A DNA stretch of 63,986 nt, the filler included, from Limisphaerales bacterium (GTDB taxonomy: Bacteria > Verrucomicrobiota > Verrucomicrobiia > Limisphaerales > SIBE01): the NCBI GenBank assembly GCA_044225505.1. It is 12 parts of 12 records of this genome, joined end to end, with 100 filler letters (N's around TTAATTAATTAA, not from the genome) between each part and the next. Parts side by side here need not be neighbours in the genome. Positions count along the whole stretch, not along the records: positions 1 to 6,074 come from JBGAIN010000293.1; positions 6,175 to 11,890 come from JBGAIN010000294.1; 10 more parts are not named here. One strand, given 5' to 3'. Positions 1 through 10,391 of the stretch are shown here, piece by piece. Position numbers and translations under genes: made by a program. How positions within the stretch are numbered: position 1 is the stretch's first letter; each line of letters starts with the position of its first letter. The notes beneath the pieces were generated by a model. It worked only from the letters and a program-made list of their open reading frames with translations. It had not been told where the DNA came from and did not search any database.

Positions 1-402
1 GGTTTCGGAGAATAGGAGCGGACTCGCTGCTGCCGGTGCCCGCGAAGCTTCATCGTAAAACCGGCGAGAGTAGCTGACGCAACCGGCCATGACGCAGAGG
101 ATGATTCCGAGGCGGATGGACCCGTTCTTCACCGCCATAACCTCGTTGCCCAGGGCTTCAAGGGCTGCGCTGGTTGCGTAATGGCTGATGGGACTGGTCC
201 GACGCAGCCGAGGGTGTGCCAGGAATTCCGGCCGAGGAGTTGGGACCGGGACTCGGCGCGTGCGCAACAGTTTGGACAGACCTGGGCGGGGAAGCGGATG
301 AACCGGCAATGGCTTGCCCTGCGCCAAAGCCTCGCGCATGGAGTTGACATTCCAGCCGGCTGGTGAAACGGCGCCTAGCCCTCGGATATAAATCCCACTC
401 AC
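1..402 (-). CDS. Beta-ketoacyl synthase N-terminal-like / chain-length-factor-like protein, 3' truncated by the window edge
   Basis: Manual translation from GTG at 402, which overlaps the upstream KS stop: MSGIYIRGLGAVSPAGW...PRLRRTSPISHYA...ASPLLFSET. Open to base 1, so absent from the ORF track. Confidence 0.7.
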   Translation of the reverse strand, partial: MSGIYIRGLGAVSPAGWNVNSMREALAQGKPLPVHPLPRPGLSKLLRTRRVPVPTPRPEFLAHPRLRRTSPISHYATSAALEALGNEVMAVKNGSIRLGIILCVMAGCVSYSRRFYDEASRAPAAASPLLFSET

Positions 403-1633
403 GTCAGTCTTCGAATGATCAGGGACGCGTTAGCTCCGCCAAAGCCGAACGAGTTTGATAAAACATATTCAAGGAATGCATCCGCCGGTGATTTTACCAG
501 CTGAAATTGGGCGGTGTGTTCGGGTTGGCGCAGAGTGCACGTAGGAGGAATCCATTGCCCCTGCAAAGCCATAACGCAGACCGCGATTTCCACAGCGCCA
601 GCGGCGCCGAGCAGGTGGCCAACACTGGATTTGGTCGAGCTAACCCGCAACTGGGAGGCGGTATTACCCGCCCACCGATTCAGGGCAGCGGTTTCAGCAC
701 CGTCGTTCATGACGGTGCCAGTGCCGTGCGCATTTACGTACTGGATCTGACTCGGATGGAGCCTCGCGCTTTGGCAGGCCAATGTCATGGCCTCAAAGGC
801 GGCTGCGCCCCCGGGCTCAGGCTGGGTTAGGTGATGGATGTCCGTGCTCGCTCCATAACCCACAATCTCGGCCAAAACGTTCGCACGGCGCCGCTGAGCA
901 AGCTCTAATGTTTCAAGTGCGAAGACGGCTGCTCCTTCCCCAAGCGCGAGACCATCCCGTTCGGTATCAAACGGTCGGCACTGGGTTGAGGAGAGGGCTT
1001 GGAGTGAGTCGAACCCAGCAAACACAAGCTCGCTCAAAGCCTCATATCCGCCGCTGATGACGCGTTCGGCAAGCCCGTAGCGGATTAATTCCCAGGCATG
1101 GCCAATCGCGTTCCCACCGGAAGCGCAGGCATTAGCGACAATGGTGATCGGGCCAGCAATACCGAAAGCGTCAGCTAGGTCGAGGCCTTGGCGCTGCGCT
1201 TGATAATGAACAATTCGAGCGGCTTGTTGTCGGTGATTTGTCGGTTCGCCAGTGCCCTGCGCGAAATAGGATTGTCCTAACATCATGCCACCGCTAGTGG
1301 TGCCGAGAACGATAGGTACTTGGCCGCCCGGCAACCACCCAGACTGAATCCAAGCCTGATGCGCAGACAAAAGCAGCATTTTTGCTGCGCGATCCATTCG
1401 GTCCAGGTGACGTCGCGTTAGGCGTGTTCGAGGCATTTGATTTGGGATGTCCACTTCGGCCGCGGTTTGGACGCGGCGGCCCGTCACATTGAAACCACGG
1501 ACATTCCGAAAAGCAGAATGACCGCGTCGGAATCCCCAGGCGTTGAGCCAGTCCATACCGAGCAGGTGATCAATCCCGCGCCGGTGATCACGACCCGTTG
1601 GGACCTGCGGGGGTGGAGGGCAGAAAAAAGCAC
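399..1633 (-). CDS. Beta-ketoacyl-ACP synthase (FabF/KAS II family), apparent 1-bp frameshift near 1560-1566
   Basis: Catalytic motifs NACASG, HGTGT, GHLLGAAG and SNSFGFGG in ORF 399-1556. The N-terminal RVVITGAGLIT lies upstream in another frame, from GTG at 1633. Confidence 0.85.
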
Positions 1634-1939
1634 GGGTGGCGGAATTAATCAGCGTTCATGTCTTGATGAAACTAGGAAAGGCTTTCCCTGATGTCAAACG
1701 GACCAAACCCAACGGCAGTACGTAACCCGCCCCTCCTTGGGCAGCGGGTTCAGCGTTGAAGAAGAATACTTCGCGTATGGCTAGGTCGTTGAATATCTAG
1801 ACAGCTAGCCGTTATTTGACTATCAGGTAAAAAACCCTGAATCGGGTCTGGGTGGAGAGAGGACCGATTTCACCCAAACTGACAGATTTCGATTGAACTG
1901 AACCGAATCAACAATACGCTGCTAGCGCGACACCGAGCT

Positions 1940-2317
1940 ATGGCTGCCAAAAAGATACTGGTCGTCGACGACGAAGCAATGGTTCTAGAGTCGGTGCAGT
2001 TGACCTTAACCCATCTCGGTTATGGGGTCGAATCGGCGTCGAGTGGCCTCGAAGCGCTGGATAAACTGTCGAAGGACACTTTTGACTTGGTCGTCACAGA
2101 CCGTCGCATGCCTGGAATGACCGGGGAACAGCTGGCGGCGGAGATCAAAAAACGATGTCCCAAGATGCCTATTGTCTTGCTCACTGGCTTCCCACCTGAC
2201 ACTCCACCTCCTGAAGTAGACACAGTTCTTGTCAAGCCGTTTTCCGTAGTGGACTTGCGCAACACCGTCCTTGAACTGACGAAGGGATCCGAAGACGGAA
2301 AGCGAAAGATTCCCTAG
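1940..2317 (+). CDS. Single-domain response regulator (CheY-like receiver)
   Basis: ILVVDD, DLVVTD..MPGMTG, LLTG and KPF receiver motifs; 125 aa. Confidence 0.9.
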   Translation: MAAKKILVVDDEAMVLESVQLTLTHLGYGVESASSGLEALDKLSKDTFDLVVTDRRMPGMTGEQLAAEIKKRCPKMPIVLLTGFPPDTPPPEVDTVLVKPFSVVDLRNTVLELTKGSEDGKRKIP

Positions 2318-2378
2318 CTATCCATCCGCTGCGGGCTTTCCTGTTGTCAGGGAGTTAGAGTCCACTTACATTGGAGCG

Positions 2379-2975
2379 ATGCGAGAAGCGGCGAGATTTT
2401 TGCGACAGCTCAGGCAGCTCAGTTGGGCATGGTTGATCGGTATCAGTTTGCAGCTCACAAACGGGGCTGACCTCACGGCGCTCCAACTGGTAAAAGAAGG
2501 AAACCGATACGTCGGCGAGCAGGCAAAGGACAAAGTCGTTGAGATTCGGTCCGAGAAGTCGATCGCTGGCCTAACTCCAACGATTTGGCGAGTTGTTTAT
2601 TATGACTCAACGGCCGCCTTGAAAGCAGTCGAAGTCAAGTTCGGTGCCGGGAAGATGCTGGACGTCAAGCGGCCTTTCCGTTTATTGGAGCCTGTGACGG
2701 GCAAACAACAGCCCCTTGACCCAGCGCGAATTAAAGTCGACTCGGATAAAGCAATTCAAACGGCGCTGGACGAGCCGTTGCTCCAAAAACTCACCATTCA
2801 GGCAACTGCTGCGAAATTGGAGCGGGGTGAGGCCGACTTGCCAGTTTGGACTGTTCGTCTCTGGGCAGCCAAGCTCCGCAATCCCAGCGAGCAAGTAGAT
2901 ATCGGCGAAGTGGTTATTTCGGCCGACGACGGGACCGTGCTCAAGAATGAGTTACGCATAAAACGCGTCGACTAG
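2379..2975 (+). CDS. Hypothetical exported protein, possibly PepSY-like
   Basis: N-terminal signal-like segment; DSDKAIQTAL...PVWTV...VVISADDGTVL resembles a PepSY repeat. Confidence 0.55.
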   Translation: MREAARFLRQLRQLSWAWLIGISLQLTNGADLTALQLVKEGNRYVGEQAKDKVVEIRSEKSIAGLTPTIWRVVYYDSTAALKAVEVKFGAGKMLDVKRPFRLLEPVTGKQQPLDPARIKVDSDKAIQTALDEPLLQKLTIQATAAKLERGEADLPVWTVRLWAAKLRNPSEQVDIGEVVISADDGTVLKNELRIKRVD

Positions 2976-3034
2976 TCGTTCGTCGAGTCTTTCTGATTCG
3001 GATGCAATGTTGTTGAGCCGCCGAATGGCTCGTT

Positions 3035-4234
3035 ATGAAACATCCCCTGGATTCAGTTGAAGCCGTTCTACAGGACTTGAGAGCGGGGCGTTTGGTGATC
3101 GTTGTCGACGACGCGGATCGCGAGAACGAAGGCGATCTCATTCTGGCCGCCGAGTGTGTCACGCCCGAAGCGATCAATTTCATGGCCAAGTATGGTCGCG
3201 GTCTGGTTTGCGTGCCGACGACCGAAGAGCGGCTCAAACAATTGGGAGTTGAGCGGATGGTTCTGCAAAACAGGGAGACGTTCAAAACCGATTTCCAAGT
3301 TAGCGTCGATGCTGCAAAGGATATTACCACCGGGATCAGTGCGGCGGACCGCGCGCAAACAATTCGAGTAATGGCTGATCCAACCGCGGTCCCGGACGAT
3401 TTGGTCCAGCCTGGGCATGTTTTTCCGCTTCGGGCCAAGCCTGGCGGCGTCCTGCAACGCGCGGGTCACACCGAGGCGGCTGTTGACTTGGTGCGGCTAG
3501 CGGGTTGCCGCCCCATCGCGGTCATCTGCGAGATCATGAGCGAAGACGGTTCGATGGCTCGACTTCCCGAACTCGTCGAATTTGCCAGGAGACACCAGCT
3601 TCGGCTCTGCTCAATCGAGGCGCTCATTCATTTTCGACGCACGCGAGAGAAGTTAATCGAGCGCATCGAAGTTGTCCAAATGCCGACCGATTATGGGGAA
3701 TTCGAGCTGCATCTGTATCAGTCAAAACTAGACGGTCAGCATCACCTCGCGCTCGTAAAAGGGGACGTGCAAAATCAGGAGAATGTGTTGGTGCGAGTTC
3801 ATAGTGAGTGTCTTACGGGAGACGTTTTCGGTTCAAGACGATGTGATTGCGGTCCGCAACTCCATCAGGCGATGCGTCAGATTTCCGATGCTGGGCGCGG
3901 AGTTGTGGTTTACATGAGGCAGGAGGGACGAGGCATTGGCTTGGCGCCCAAGATTCAAGCTTATAAGCTTCAAGAGAGTGGCTACGATACTGTGGAGGCG
4001 AATCGGAAGCTCGGCTTTCCCATGGATCTCAGGGAATACGGTTTAGGGGCGCAGATTCTGGCTGACCTCGGCCTGAAAACAATCCGACTGCTTACGAACA
4101 ATCCCAAAAAGTTGGTTGGTCTGGAAGGTTACGGGTTGGAAATCGTCGAGCAGGTGCCCATTCGCATTCCGTCCAATCCCCACAACGAGAAGTACCTTCA
4201 AACTAAGCGGGAGAAGCTGGGGCATCTGATTTAA
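3035..4234 (+). CDS. ribBA: Bifunctional DHBP synthase / GTP cyclohydrolase II
   Basis: DDADRENEGDL, RAGHTEA, VRVHSECLTGDVFGSRRCDCG and QEGRGIGL motifs. Confidence 0.97.
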   Translation: MKHPLDSVEAVLQDLRAGRLVIVVDDADRENEGDLILAAECVTPEAINFMAKYGRGLVCVPTTEERLKQLGVERMVLQNRETFKTDFQVSVDAAKDITTGISAADRAQTIRVMADPTAVPDDLVQPGHVFPLRAKPGGVLQRAGHTEAAVDLVRLAGCRPIAVICEIMSEDGSMARLPELVEFARRHQLRLCSIEALIHFRRTREKLIERIEVVQMPTDYGEFELHLYQSKLDGQHHLALVKGDVQNQENVLVRVHSECLTGDVFGSRRCDCGPQLHQAMRQISDAGRGVVVYMRQEGRGIGLAPKIQAYKLQESGYDTVEANRKLGFPMDLREYGLGAQILADLGLKTIRLLTNNPKKLVGLEGYGLEIVEQVPIRIPSNPHNEKYLQTKREKLGHLI

Positions 4235-4246
4235 TCCTAACCTTCT

Positions 4247-4729
4247 ATGCTCGCTCAGGTAAGAACGACTGTTCGAATTGCCGACTCGAAGGCGCGATTT
4301 GCCATCATCGCGTCTCGTTACAATCGACGCTATGTGGATGGAATGTTGCGTGCCGCGCGCGCGACGCTGACCCAGAGGAGTTCGCAGCGTCTTGTGGTAT
4401 TGCGAGTGCCTGGAGCCTTTGAAATTCCTGTCGTCGCGGCAACGCTAGCGCGCCGTGGCCCTGAGGCGTGGGGAGCGTTGATCTGCCTAGGGGTCATCCT
4501 TCGAGGGGAAACGACTCATGCTCAGCATATTGGCGAGTCGGTGAGTGCGGCCCTAGCCCAAATCCAAGTGAACAGTCTGGTGCCTATCGTCCACGAAGTT
4601 TTGCTCTTGGAAAATGAGGAACAAGCTAAAGTTCGATGCCTGTCTCGACTTCACAATCGTGGCGCTGAGGCAGCGCAGACTGCGCTTGAGATGGTTAAAC
4701 TTATGAGGCTCATTCGAAATCACGCTTAA
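4247..4729 (+). CDS. ribH: 6,7-dimethyl-8-ribityllumazine synthase
   Basis: VPGAFEIP and LGVILRGETTH motifs; directly downstream of ribBA. Confidence 0.93.
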   Translation: MLAQVRTTVRIADSKARFAIIASRYNRRYVDGMLRAARATLTQRSSQRLVVLRVPGAFEIPVVAATLARRGPEAWGALICLGVILRGETTHAQHIGESVSAALAQIQVNSLVPIVHEVLLLENEEQAKVRCLSRLHNRGAEAAQTALEMVKLMRLIRNHA

Positions 4730-4850
4730 TGCGCTCTTGGCGAAGCTGACGGAGTGGCAAAGGGAACTGGCAGGCGAATGTGATGTGAATAAAGGGGCTT
4801 ACGGTGTGATCTAAGGACTTTGAAGAAGGCGCGAAAGACAGGCTAGCTGA

Positions 4851-4872
4851 CTTTGTGAAAAGTTTCACAAAG
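4851..4872. promoter_or_regulatory. Palindromic operator TTGTGAA-N4-TTCACAA (Rex consensus; also fits CRP-type TGTGA-N6-TCACA)
   Basis: CTTTGTGAAAAGTTTCACAAAG has 9-bp perfect inverted arms and lies immediately upstream of a putative -35. Confidence 0.75.
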
Positions 4873-4875
4873 CAC

Positions 4876-4904
4876 TTGCACCCGGAAAATGCGAGTGATA
4901 GTTT
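4876..4904 (+). promoter_or_regulatory. Putative sigma70 promoter
   Basis: TTGCAC-N17-TAGTTT with an extended -10 TG, upstream of ATG 4940. Confidence 0.5.
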
Positions 4905-4939
4905 GCCGTTATCGTTTGCCAGATCTCGATCCGATAACT

Positions 4940-5647
4940 ATGAACATTAACTTGCGCTGTTGTTGTTTAACGGCTGCTGCTTTGATTGGCCTCGTCCAAG
5001 TCGCTTCTGCGGCCGACATTACGGGAAAAATTACACTAAAGGGAACGCCTCCTCCGGAGGTGCCAATTCCGTTCGACCCGAGCTGCGGAAAACTACATAC
5101 GGAAAAAGCCACGACCCGGCATTACGTCGTTGGCTCAGGTGGAGAGTTGGGTGATGTGTTTATTTACATCAAAGAGGGAGCGAAGCCCGGGGGCGCGGCG
5201 GACAAACCGGTTGTGCTCGACCAGGTCGGCTGCGTTTATACTCCGTATATTTTCGGACTGCAGACAAATCAGAAGCTTGTGATCAAGAATTCCGATCCTG
5301 GAATTTTGCACAACATCCACATTATTCCTGACGCCAAGTCTGGGAATAAGGAATCCAATCAAGCCCAATTGAAAGGACAAGATCTCGTTAAGACTTTCGA
5401 CAAACCTGAAGTGCTGCTCCACTTCAAGTGTGATGTGCACAACTGGATGCACGCATATGCAGGAGTGCTGGATCATCCGTATTTTGCGGTGAGTGCCAAA
5501 GATGGTGGTTTTAAGATCGCTGGAGTGCCTCCGGGTAAGTATGTGGTTGAGGCGTTTCACCGGAAGGCAGGCAAACTAACGAAAGAAATCACCGTTGGCG
5601 ATGACAGTCAGACGGCGGATTTCGCGTTTGAAGTTCCCGCGAAATAA
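4940..5647 (+). CDS. Exported cupredoxin-like / carboxypeptidase-regulatory-like domain protein
   Basis: Signal peptide; LDQVGCVYTP, LHNIH and KCDVHNWM motifs; upstream of heme A synthase. Confidence 0.75.
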   Translation: MNINLRCCCLTAAALIGLVQVASAADITGKITLKGTPPPEVPIPFDPSCGKLHTEKATTRHYVVGSGGELGDVFIYIKEGAKPGGAADKPVVLDQVGCVYTPYIFGLQTNQKLVIKNSDPGILHNIHIIPDAKSGNKESNQAQLKGQDLVKTFDKPEVLLHFKCDVHNWMHAYAGVLDHPYFAVSAKDGGFKIAGVPPGKYVVEAFHRKAGKLTKEITVGDDSQTADFAFEVPAK

Positions 5648-5712
5648 GTGTTCAAGTCTAGTGTTGTTACCTGTGCCGCTGCGAGTCATCCCGCAGCGGC
5701 TTTTCGTTGCCA

Positions 5713-6074
5713 ATGACCCGTTCTTTGGCTCATCCCTGGCTCGATCGGTTTGCGTGGTTCACCGTCTTCACGACCCTCGCCCTGATTGGCTTGGGGGGAC
5801 TGGTGACCAGCAAGGGCGCCGGTATGGCCGTCCCGGATTGGCCCACGACCTACGGATACAATATGTTTCTGTTTCCGGTGCGTCTCTGGATGGGGGGAAT
5901 TTTTTATGAGCACACGCACCGCCTGGTGGCATCGTTCGTTGGTTTCTTAACGACCGTTTTGGCGATTTGGATTTGGGTCTGTGAGGAGCGTCGCTGGCTC
6001 CGTTGTCTAGGGGTCGTCGCTTTCGCTGCTGTCGTGCTGCAGGGCGTGTTAGGAGGGCTCCGTGTAACGTTATA
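5713..6074 (+). CDS. ctaA: Heme A synthase (COX15/CtaA family), truncated at contig end
   Basis: GGLVTSKGAGMAVPDWP, FYEHTHRL and LQGVLGGLRV motifs. Confidence 0.85.
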
Positions 6075-6174
6075 NNNNNNNNNNNNNNNNNNNNNNNNNN
6101 NNNNNNNNNNNNNNNNNNTTAATTAATTAANNNNNNNNNNNNNNNNNNNNNNNNNNNNNNNNNNNNNNNNNNNN
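6075..6174. other. Artificial contig spacer; same spacer at 11891, 17596, 23256, 28917, 34439, 39872, 45196, 50519, 56598 and 61858 (100 bp each)
   Basis: 44 N + TTAATTAATTAA (stops in all six frames) + 44 N, repeated identically. Confidence 0.99.
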
Positions 6175-6189
6175 TCGAAAGGATAGTGC

Positions 6190-6640
6190 GTGGGATTTGG
6201 TCATGAGCAGTTGGACGTGTCCCGGGCTGCCATCGCTGACGTGGGCTGAGCGCATCATTTCTGTGTGGACCTGAAAGGTCACCGCAACGCGAAGGATCAG
6301 CTTCTGCGCGCTTCGCAGGCGATCCCGCTGAACATCGCCGAAGGCAATGGAAAGGCAACCGACGGCGATCGACGGCGTTATTTCGAGATTGCACGCGGCT
6401 CTGCCCTGGAGTGTGGAGCCATTCAAGATGTGTTACAGGTGTGCGGAGCTCTCGCCGCGGAGGAAAACACGAGCCGCAAGCCGATGTTGGACCGTATTGT
6501 CGCGATGCTGACGAAACTCGGGCAGCGTGGGGACACGGTTCACGAGGAATCGGCTGATCACGACGTGCCCAGCAAGGATACCGATACCAATACCGATTCC
6601 GACCCCGAAGGAAGTATGCAACCGGAAAATCGCCAACCGG
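6190..6640 (+). pseudogene. Four-helix-bundle protein (23S rRNA IVS protein / Avd-like family) with premature stop
   Basis: GTG 6190 gives MGFGHEQLDVSRAAIADVG*, with in-frame TGA at 6247-6249, then KDQLLRASQAIPLNIAEGNGK...YFEIARGSALEC. The frame now runs on into the antitoxin ORF. Confidence 0.8.
6577..6608 (+). repeat. Degenerate hexamer tandem repeat (GATACC)n at the 3' end of the four-helix-bundle gene
   Basis: GATACCGATACCAATACCGATTCCGACCCCGA; homologous to 62814-62840. Confidence 0.85.
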
Positions 6641-6696
6641 GCGCTCGGCAAATAAGCGCCCTTGCCCGTGCATCGTTGCAGAATTGCCTTTGCCGT

Positions 6697-6912
6697 ATGC
6701 CGACCGTTAACGAAATCGAGAAGCTGGCCCTGGCGCTGCTAGAGACGGACCGGGCGATTCTTGCCTCCACGCTGCTCGATTCACTGTCGCCGATCCTGGA
6801 CGATGAGGACGAGGGCATAGCGGAGGCGTTGCGAAGGGACTCGGAGCTCGAGGCAAATCCATCGCTCGGTCTGAGCCTCGAGCAGCTAGACCAGCGGATC
6901 ACGCAGCTTTAG
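6697..6912 (+). CDS. Putative addiction module antitoxin component, no adjacent toxin
   Basis: MPTVNEIEKLALAL..DRAILASTLLDSL...EALRRDSEL pattern; 71 aa. Confidence 0.7.
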   Translation: MPTVNEIEKLALALLETDRAILASTLLDSLSPILDDEDEGIAEALRRDSELEANPSLGLSLEQLDQRITQL

Positions 6913-7000
6913 AGTCGCTCTCTGGCCGCGAAAATCGATCCTACGCCCTAAAGTTAACACTATCGAAATCCACAAACTCGTCTGCGACAGTGGACGCTTG

Positions 7001-7213
7001 TTAAATTCTGCCATTCTTCTTCAGATATGTGATCCCGGTCATCGTTAGCATGGGCAGGACATGCGCCAAGTCTTTGTCGTCGATGACCACGACCGAAGTT
7101 CTGCCTACCGCCACCTGGTATCGCTCTCGGACACGATACTTCGCGCCGTCCGCCATTTTGATCTCAAACGGAATCCCTTCATTGATGGCCATCTGGATTT
7201 GGTCACGTGTCAT
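7001..7213 (-). CDS. Small hypothetical protein
   Basis: MTRDQIQMAINEGIPFEIKMADGAKYRV..., 70 aa, just downstream of an attC-like site on the same strand. Confidence 0.65.
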   Translation of the reverse strand: MTRDQIQMAINEGIPFEIKMADGAKYRVRERYQVAVGRTSVVVIDDKDLAHVLPMLTMTGITYLKKNGRI

Positions 7214-7267
7214 ACAACCTCTGACCGAACATGCCGGAACGTTCGACAGCTCGCAAGCGCGACCAGG

Positions 7268-7378
7268 GCCTAACGACAAGGTGAGCGAAGACGAGGAGCG
7301 CGCGCAAGGCTTCTGCCCCTCCGTCGGCATTACGCCTAGACCCGCTGCGGCGGTTCGCCGTCACTATCTGGGTTGGGC
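7268..7378 (-). mobile_element. Degenerate attC-like site
   Basis: Minus strand GCCCAAC...TTCGCTCACCTTGTC-GTTAGGC; R'' and R' are near-complementary, L-box pairing is imperfect. Confidence 0.5.
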
Positions 7379-7499
7379 TTCATGCTTTCGCCGTATGCTC
7401 CTGACTGCATGGCAAGACTTGGATCGCCGAGGTGATGTGCTCATTCATGCAGCAAATCGTCCAAGGCACTCGCCACCGAAGGGGCTTACGTCTCCTGGC

Positions 7500-8699
7500 T
7501 CAGCCGCCCAGCCCGCGCCAGAGCATCTCCAACGAGAGGAGCATATACGAGGTGGCCAAGGCCGGTTCTTTCTCCCACCATCGCGCATTGTCGTTCATCC
7601 AGGAGCCGTCGGGTTTTTGAAGATTGATCAGCTTCAAGGCCAGGTCCTGGCGCCAGTGGGGATGGCCAGCTTTGATCATTTCCACATCGCTCGAGCCGGA
7701 TGCGGTCAATGCTTTCGTCATGGTGTGGAAGTAGAAAAACAGTCCCGCGGAACCCATCCCAGGGTTCTCTTCCAAGGTATAGTTGTTCTTCAGCCATTCG
7801 ATCACCGCGCTGACCCGAGGATCGTCCGGCGAAAGCTTGGCGTAGACGTAACTCAAAAGCCCCGCGTAGCTGATACTGCCGTAGGATCGAAGCGTGACCC
7901 GGCCGGTCGTGGTGTTCGTGTCCCCACCCGCGTTGCTCCGACCGGAATGGTAAACAAACCCGCCGAGGTCTTTGGGGGCGGACGAGACCCAAGGTTCTTT
8001 GTTGTGGCTGGGCAGATTCTGGCAGCTTTGCAGGAAGTGAATGGCAGCTTCCCAGTTTAAGTCATTGGCTTGGCCCGCAGTCTGGTCCGCGACGAGGCGC
8101 CGGCTGTAATGCATCGCTTCCAAAGCCAACAAGGTGTTGCTCATGTCGGAGACCTTGTCGGACGGGAGCCCGTACCCGAAACCGCCGTCGAACGGAGTAT
8201 CGAGCTTTCCCTTTTCACCGAAATCATGTTGGGTCCCGATCAGGAAACCCCGGGCTTTACGGACGACGGGATCGTATTTCGGATCGTTACTGGCCAGGAA
8301 TGCCATCATCGAAACGGCGGTGTTGTAGGTGGGCAGATTGGTGATGCAAATACTGCCGTCAGGACGCGCTTGTTTGAGGAGATAGCTCAGCGCTTTCTGC
8401 AGCTGGCCCGAGTCTTGGCCTCGGTATCGATCCATGGGATCGCCACAGAACGCCATGGCCGCCAAGCCCGTCACGGCGGGGTGATCGGCGGTTTGCCAAT
8501 AGCCTGCTGGCTCCTGATGTTTAGCCAGCCAGTCCAGGCCACGATCGATGGCATGCTGGATCTCGTTTCGAACGGATTGGTTGTCTTGAGTCAAGACAAC
8601 CGCTGGCGCAGAGGTTGGCTCCGCTACGGAGTTTAGAATAGACGCGCCCGCGAGCGCAGCTGCGGAAAAAGTCCAAAGGGCGGCTGGAAGAATCTTCAT
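7500..8699 (-). CDS. Exported prenyltransferase/squalene oxidase repeat (terpene cyclase-like) protein
   Basis: QW-like repeats (GLDWLAKHQEPAGYW, LINLQKPDGSW), DGGFGY and DMSNT; signal peptide. Confidence 0.85.
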   Translation of the reverse strand: MKILPAALWTFSAAALAGASILNSVAEPTSAPAVVLTQDNQSVRNEIQHAIDRGLDWLAKHQEPAGYWQTADHPAVTGLAAMAFCGDPMDRYRGQDSGQLQKALSYLLKQARPDGSICITNLPTYNTAVSMMAFLASNDPKYDPVVRKARGFLIGTQHDFGEKGKLDTPFDGGFGYGLPSDKVSDMSNTLLALEAMHYSRRLVADQTAGQANDLNWEAAIHFLQSCQNLPSHNKEPWVSSAPKDLGGFVYHSGRSNAGGDTNTTTGRVTLRSYGSISYAGLLSYVYAKLSPDDPRVSAVIEWLKNNYTLEENPGMGSAGLFFYFHTMTKALTASGSSDVEMIKAGHPHWRQDLALKLINLQKPDGSWMNDNARWWEKEPALATSYMLLSLEMLWRGLGG

Positions 8700-8992
8700 G
8701 GTGTCTTGAATAAGCCCCAAAGAAGGTTTGGAGGCAAACGATTTCGCTCTTTGGGGATAAAATGTCAACACGAGCTTAACTGTATTAAGACCAACCCTTT
8801 ATAGACCGCCTGACTCTGGTCTCCGCCATTCCTAGAGGGGGGCGCTCGTGGACCTTGGAGGTGGTGGCGGTGGCGTCATGCAGACTCGATGGCACGGCGT
8901 AAGGGCGATTTTCTGTCATTGCTTGGAACGTCGTTCCCCGACAGGATTCGCAGACAACACCAAGGATGGTGTTGAGCATGTCCCCTCTATTC

Positions 8993-9020
8993 TTGACTCA
9001 CCCTGGGCGGCACTTATTAT
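8993..9020 (+). promoter_or_regulatory. Putative sigma70 promoter of eno
   Basis: TTGACT-N16-TATTAT ending 35 bp before the ATG. Confidence 0.55.
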
Positions 9021-9051
9021 GCGCGGCTCAGTTGAGTAGCACTCCTATTGA

Positions 9052-10329
<1,278 letters not shown>

Positions 10330-10391
10330 GCCCGTAGCGCTCTCAACGCGTTCTCTTTGCGAATCCAGCCGTGGTTAACGCGGCTGGATTT

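Noticed and set aside
2976..3034. FMN riboswitch upstream of ribBA
   Set aside because: The intergenic gap is only 59 bp and shows no RFN consensus.
6075..6174. Regularly spaced TTAATTAATTAA palindromes in N runs
   Set aside because: Artificial contig linkers. ORFs containing X runs and adjacency across spacers have no biological meaning.
6190..6640. Avd-like gene as evidence of a diversity-generating retroelement
   Set aside because: No reverse transcriptase and no TR/VR pair with adenine-specific mismatches in the window. The 6175/62726 repeat pair differs at all base types.
6265..6912. 215-aa ORF as a genuine fusion protein
   Set aside because: Better explained as a pseudogene reading through a decayed attC into a separate antitoxin gene.
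7029..8060. Long antisense ORFs such as 7029-8060, 14761-15633, 24775-25815, 29563-30816 and 57190-58071
   Set aside because: Shadows of well-supported genes on the opposite strand in GC-rich DNA, with no recognisable motifs.
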